Of a stretch of 64,000 nucleotides of DNA, positions 60,077 to 64,000 are shown in pieces. Origin of the DNA: Candidatus Gallispira sp. (GTDB taxonomy: Bacteria; Bacillota; Clostridia; Lachnospirales; CAG-274); NCBI GenBank assembly GCA_048359195.1, contig DBGCRA010000196.1, forward strand, positions 843 through 64,842. The letters run 5' to 3'. The stretch's first letter is position 1; each line of letters opens with the position of its first letter. Both the position numbers and the translations under genes were made by a program. The notes beneath the pieces are model-generated. The model worked only from the letters and a program-made list of their open reading frames with translations, was not told the origin of the DNA and ran no database searches.

Positions 60077-60105
60077 TTGCTTTTTTTCTAAATATAGGGT
60101 ATTAT
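60077..60105 (+). promoter_or_regulatory. SigmaA-type promoter for efp (TTGCTT-17-TATTAT)
   Basis: Hexamers at 60077-60082 and 60100-60105. Confidence 0.45.
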
Positions 60106-60148
60106 AGAATATATAATTATGTTAATTACTATTAAGGAGGAACTTTTT

Positions 60149-60712
60149 ATGATTTCTGCCGGTGAATTTAGAAACGGTGTTACTATGGAATATGAGGGTA
60201 ATATTTACCAGATTATTGAATTCCAGCATGTTAAACCGGGTAAGGGTGCAGCTTTCGTTAGAACTAAGTTAAAGAATCTTGTATCCGGTGCTGTTGTTGA
60301 AAAAACTTTTAGACCAACTGAAAAGATGCCAAAGGCTCATATTGACAGGAAGGATATGTCTTATCTTTATAACGATGGTGAGCTTTATTACTTTATGGAT
60401 ATTGAAACTTATGACCAGATTCCTATTCCTGCAAGCGAAGTTGGCGATACTCTTAAATTTGTTAAGGAAAATGAGGCTGTTAAGGTACTTAGCTATCAGG
60501 GTAAGGTATTCGGCATTGAACCACCTATTGCTGTTGAGCTTGAGATAACAGATACTGAGCCGGGATTTAAGGGTGATACTGCTACAGGTGCTACTAAGCC
60601 TGCTACTGTTGAAACAGGTGCAACTGTTAATGTACCATTATTTATTAATCAGGGTGAGATTATTAAGGTTGATACGGCTACAGGTGAGTATTTAGGCAGA
60701 GTAAATAAGTAA
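60149..60712 (+). CDS. efp: Elongation factor P
   Basis: [52 protein letters not shown]. Confidence 0.96.
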   Translation: MISAGEFRNGVTMEYEGNIYQIIEFQHVKPGKGAAFVRTKLKNLVSGAVVEKTFRPTEKMPKAHIDRKDMSYLYNDGELYYFMDIETYDQIPIPASEVGDTLKFVKENEAVKVLSYQGKVFGIEPPIAVELEITDTEPGFKGDTATGATKPATVETGATVNVPLFINQGEIIKVDTATGEYLGRVNK

Positions 60713-60720
60713 TTTATTTT

Positions 60721-60745
60721 AAAAGGACGTGTATACGTCCTTTTT
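60721..60745 (+). terminator. Intrinsic terminator after efp
   Basis: AAAAGGACGT-gtat-ACGTCCTTTTT. Confidence 0.85.
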
Positions 60746-60772
60746 GGTTTATATTTATAAAGGAGTGATAAT

Positions 60773-61519
60773 ATGAATATTAACTGGGATGCTGACAGAT
60801 ATTCCGCTGATTTTCAGTTTGTACATAAATATGGTGAGGATGTTATGGAGCTTTTGCAGTCGCCAAAGGGCAGCAGAGTTGTTGACCTTGGCTGTGGCAA
60901 TGGCAGGCTTACCGTCAAGCTTAAAGAAAAAGGCTATAATGTAACAGGTATTGATGATTCGGCGGATATGCTTAAAGCAGCCGGGGAAAATTATAGTGGT
61001 ATCGATTTTGTTAAGGGAAATGCTCTTAACTTTAATATTGAGCCCTGTGATGCCATATTTTCAAATGCTGTTCTTCATTGGATAGATAAGAGAAGACATC
61101 AGGAGCTTTTAAATAATATTGCATCTAATATTAAAAAGGGCGGCGAATTTGTGTGTGAGTTTGGCGGATTTGGCTGTGCTGAAAGGGTACACTCCGCTTT
61201 ACAAGCCATTTTTGAGGAAAGAGGTCATAGGTATTTTAAAAATTTCTACTTTCCTACTGTAGGGGAATATGCTCCTCTTCTTGAAAATGCAGGTTTAAGG
61301 GTTAAGTACGCCATTCTTTTTGACAGACCTACTTATCAGCAGGGAGGTCTTGAGGGCTGGATAAGAATGTTTAATATGGCACCTTTTGAGGGTATGAGTA
61401 ATGATGAGGTTAATGAGATAATTGGAGAAGCTGAAAAAAGACTTGCCGATGTACTTTGTAAAGAGGGTAAGTGGTATATTGATTATGTAAGAATAAGATT
61501 TAGGTGTGAAAGGATATAA
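60773..61519 (+). CDS. Class I SAM-dependent methyltransferase (Tam-like)
   Basis: VVDLGCGNGRLT motif I, DDSADML, FSNAVLHWI. Confidence 0.85.
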   Translation: MNINWDADRYSADFQFVHKYGEDVMELLQSPKGSRVVDLGCGNGRLTVKLKEKGYNVTGIDDSADMLKAAGENYSGIDFVKGNALNFNIEPCDAIFSNAVLHWIDKRRHQELLNNIASNIKKGGEFVCEFGGFGCAERVHSALQAIFEERGHRYFKNFYFPTVGEYAPLLENAGLRVKYAILFDRPTYQQGGLEGWIRMFNMAPFEGMSNDEVNEIIGEAEKRLADVLCKEGKWYIDYVRIRFRCERI

Positions 61520-61631
61520 ATTAGAGTTTAGCTGACTAAATAGATGTTAGTTGTATTTCTATAGTTGAGTACAGCGGACGGACAATATCGGGGCTGCTGT
61601 AATTTTTCTGTTTTGCAACAACCCCATTTAT

Positions 61632-62579
61632 TTATTCTTTCACAATACTTATGCTTGCCCAAACATCATCATTTTTTTCAACAGACAAATCTCCCTGCCA
61701 GCTGTCATTTTGCGTTTGATAAATTTGCTGTTTCTTATTATTAATATACTGCTCTCTTATTTCCGGTTCAATGCTTTCAATACTGCTGCTTGTTATATCG
61801 ACAATTTTAAAAATATGGTAGCCGTCTACATCTTCAACAAGGAAGACATCTCCTTTATTATGGCTGTATATCTGCTGCAAAGTGTTTTCGGTATAAAGAC
61901 TTGGGTCAAGCTCAAAAGGTTCTTTGCTGCTTTCAGGAGAAATTTCAGAAAGGACGTCATTAAAATCTGCACCGGTTTTTATTTTATTATAAGCATCTGT
62001 TATTTTATCCTTGTTCTCACTGCCTGATATGTCAGGCTGAAGGAAAATTTCGTTTATAATATAGGTAGTAAATTCAGCCTTATGCTCTGCATAATAGTTA
62101 TTAAGATACTCTTTAAATTCAGCTTCATTTACGGTATAACTGTCAGTAACATAGGCATATACCTTCTGCTGAAGAGCAACTTCCTCCATAATTTTATATA
62201 TTTTGTCCCTGCTAAGTTCAAGATTTTCAAGGTCCTCCGCATCGAACTCACTCATAAGCTCATCTGTCTGGCTTTCAACATTTTTAATGTCTTCATCATT
62301 TAATGTAATGCCAAGCTCCTTGGTTTGCTTGACTGCTGTTTTTACCATAACAAGAGTATTCACGGCATTTTGCTTGGCAACCTCTTCAGCATTTACACCG
62401 TCAAAGTCAGCCTCCCAAATATCACTGCCTCCCTGTGCCTCAAAGCTTTTCTTTTGCTCCATAAGATATACAAGGTATTCACCTCTTGATATTTTATCAT
62501 TTCCCATTTTAACTACGTATTCACTGCCTGTACAGCCAAAAAGCATAATGGCAAGTATAAAAATTATAATTTTTTTCAT
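61632..62579 (-). CDS. Lipoprotein, SurA-N/PrsA-like foldase
   Basis: Lipobox LFGC. SurA-N-like region and a short rotamase-like segment (GDVFLVEDVDGYHIFKI). Confidence 0.7.
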   Translation of the reverse strand: MKKIIIFILAIMLFGCTGSEYVVKMGNDKISRGEYLVYLMEQKKSFEAQGGSDIWEADFDGVNAEEVAKQNAVNTLVMVKTAVKQTKELGITLNDEDIKNVESQTDELMSEFDAEDLENLELSRDKIYKIMEEVALQQKVYAYVTDSYTVNEAEFKEYLNNYYAEHKAEFTTYIINEIFLQPDISGSENKDKITDAYNKIKTGADFNDVLSEISPESSKEPFELDPSLYTENTLQQIYSHNKGDVFLVEDVDGYHIFKIVDITSSSIESIEPEIREQYINNKKQQIYQTQNDSWQGDLSVEKNDDVWASISIVKE

Positions 62580-62773
62580 TAGTAATCTCCACCTTTAAAT
62601 AGTCTCCTTAAGTATAATATATTACAAAATTTAATTCAATAATTTTGAGTAATATGTAACATAAATGATAAATTTTTTAGTGTGTTTTTAATTACGCCTG
62701 TTGTATTTTGTATAAAAATAGGATATACTATTAATGGACAAGAGTTACGTTAAAATCGGAAAGGGAAAAAAAT

Positions 62774-64000
62774 ATGACCGGTAATGAAAAGATAAAAACT
62801 AAACTTTACATAGGAGCAGTTGTTATACTGGCAGCTCTTTTTGCAGCCTTTGCTTTTACAAATGAGGGAGGAGCAGTCAATACAGGTTGGTCTCTTGTGC
62901 CTCCTGTTGTTGCCATTATACTTGCACTTGTTACAAAGGAGGTTTATTCTTCTCTTTTTATAGGTATAGCAACAGGATTTTTATTTTACTTTAATCTCAA
63001 TGTTGAAAAGGCTTTTGTGGCAATTTTTCAGGGAGTTGAGGTTGATGGAGAAATGACGGCAGGTGTTATACCAAAGCTTGCTGACAGTTGGAATGTAGGT
63101 ATTCTTGTGTTTCTTGTACTTTTAGGCATCCTTGTTGTTATGATTAACAGGGCAGGTGGTTCTGAAGCCTACGGAAAGTGGGCACAGACTAAAATAAAGA
63201 CTAAGAAATCCGCACTTCTTGCTACCTTTGGACTTGGTGTTCTTATATTTGTAGATGATTATTTCAATTGCCTTACAGTGGGCAGTGTTATGAGGCCTAT
63301 TACCGATAAATACAAGGTTTCAAGGGCAAAGCTTGCTTATATTATTGATGCTACGGCAGCACCTATATGTATTATTGCTCCTATTTCATCATGGGCGGCG
63401 GCAGTTACAGGCGTTGTTGAGGGAACTAACGGTCTTGAGCTTTTTATAAAGGCCATTCCTTATAATTTGTATGCACTTCTTACTATTGTTATGGTAATTA
63501 CAATTTCAGTTCTTGGTATAGATTTCGGACCTATGAAAGAACACGAAAAGCTTGCCAAAGAGGGTGATCTTTTCGGTGGAAGAGAGGCAATAAAGGATAA
63601 TTCTCTTAAGGTTTCGTCAAAGGGTAAGGTTATTGATCTTGTGTTTCCTGTTTTAATGCTTATCATATTTTGTGTTACAGGTATGATTTATTCCGGAGGA
63701 TTTTTTGACGGCACAAGTGAAAATTATTTTAATTTTATAGGTGCCTTTGCAGGTTCTGATGCTTCTGTTGGTTTGGTTTTAGGTTCAGCAGCAGCAGTAA
63801 TATTTACATTTCTCATTTATATTACAAGAGGTGTATTAAGTTTTAATGAAATTATGGAGGCATTTCCCGAGGGCTTTAAGGCAATGGTACCTGCTATATT
63901 GATTTTAACATTTGCGTGGACACTAAGCAGTGTTACAAATCTCCTTGGTGCAGATATGTTTGTGGCAGGCGTTTTGGCAGATAAGGCTGAAAGTCTTAAC
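62774..64000 (+). CDS. NhaC-family Na+/H+ antiporter-like membrane protein (3' end outside window)
   Basis: Open frame from ATG 62774 to the window edge (not in the ORF track because it has no stop). SLVPPVVAIILALVTKEVYSSLFIGI and FVDDYFNCLTVGSVMRPITDK are NhaC-like. Confidence 0.82.
   Translation, partial: MTGNEKIKTKLYIGAVVILAALFAAFAFTNEGGAVNTGWSLVPPVVAIILALVTKEVYSSLFIGIATGFLFYFNLNVEKAFVAIFQGVEVDGEMTAGVIPKLADSWNVGILVFLVLLGILVVMINRAGGSEAYGKWAQTKIKTKKSALLATFGLGVLIFVDDYFNCLTVGSVMRPITDKYKVSRAKLAYIIDATAAPICIIAPISSWAAAVTGVVEGTNGLELFIKAIPYNLYALLTIVMVITISVLGIDFGPMKEHEKLAKEGDLFGGREAIKDNSLKVSSKGKVIDLVFPVLMLIIFCVTGMIYSGGFFDGTSENYFNFIGAFAGSDASVGLVLGSAAAVIFTFLIYITRGVLSFNEIMEAFPEGFKAMVPAILILTFAWTLSSVTNLLGADMFVAGVLADKAESLN

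Noticed and set aside
1-64000. Prophage, transposon, integrative element, CRISPR-Cas, toxin-antitoxin or restriction/defence islands
   Set aside because: No integrase, transposase, recombinase, cas, phage structural, methylase/endonuclease or TA-like gene pairs were recognised in any frame. No flanking tRNA or long direct repeats were seen.

Overview
This is a low-GC (roughly one-third G+C by eye) Firmicutes/Clostridia-type chromosomal window that starts next to the replication origin cluster (recF-gyrB-gyrA). It then runs through rpmG-secE-nusG-rplK-rplA. About 28 kb of unrelated genes follow before rpoB-rpoC, and rplJ-rplL are not in the window. The rest is mostly housekeeping and metabolism: ispE, a phnX-like HAD, SRP RNA, tadA, rsmG, the pfl locus, murA, cvpA, the trimeric bifurcating [FeFe]-hydrogenase hydCBA, prs, ade, thiE, murC and efp. 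There are also secreted pectin-degrading enzymes (a PL9-type lyase and a CE12-type esterase) and several transporters. I found no transposase, integrase, CRISPR array, tRNA or rRNA.

The most unusual locus is the pyruvate formate-lyase region (28.8-31.4 kb, minus strand). The 681-aa PFL core stops exactly at the boundary of the glycyl-radical domain. That domain is encoded separately as a 79-aa ORF. Between the two lies a 69-aa ORF that duplicates only the first strand (GGHLNVSV) of the radical domain and lacks the RVSGYAV glycine loop.

Other points worth follow-up:
- a family of near-identical 32-47 bp AT-rich palindromes (core TGTTTATTTCACC-AAA-GGTGAAATAAACA), five copies
- a very Cys-rich 294-aa protein with a sigmaK-like promoter, and an unlisted 59-aa CGCGNN-repeat microprotein (both possibly spore surface)
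- a four-box DnaA-box cluster between murC and efp
- a 44-bp perfect tandem duplication inside nested inverted repeats between tadA and rsmG
- an unclassified terminator-containing leader upstream of adenine deaminase
- duplicated L1-mimic-like hairpins before rplK and rplA
- a catalytically degenerate ABC ATPase

All product names come from motif recognition by eye. No database search was run.
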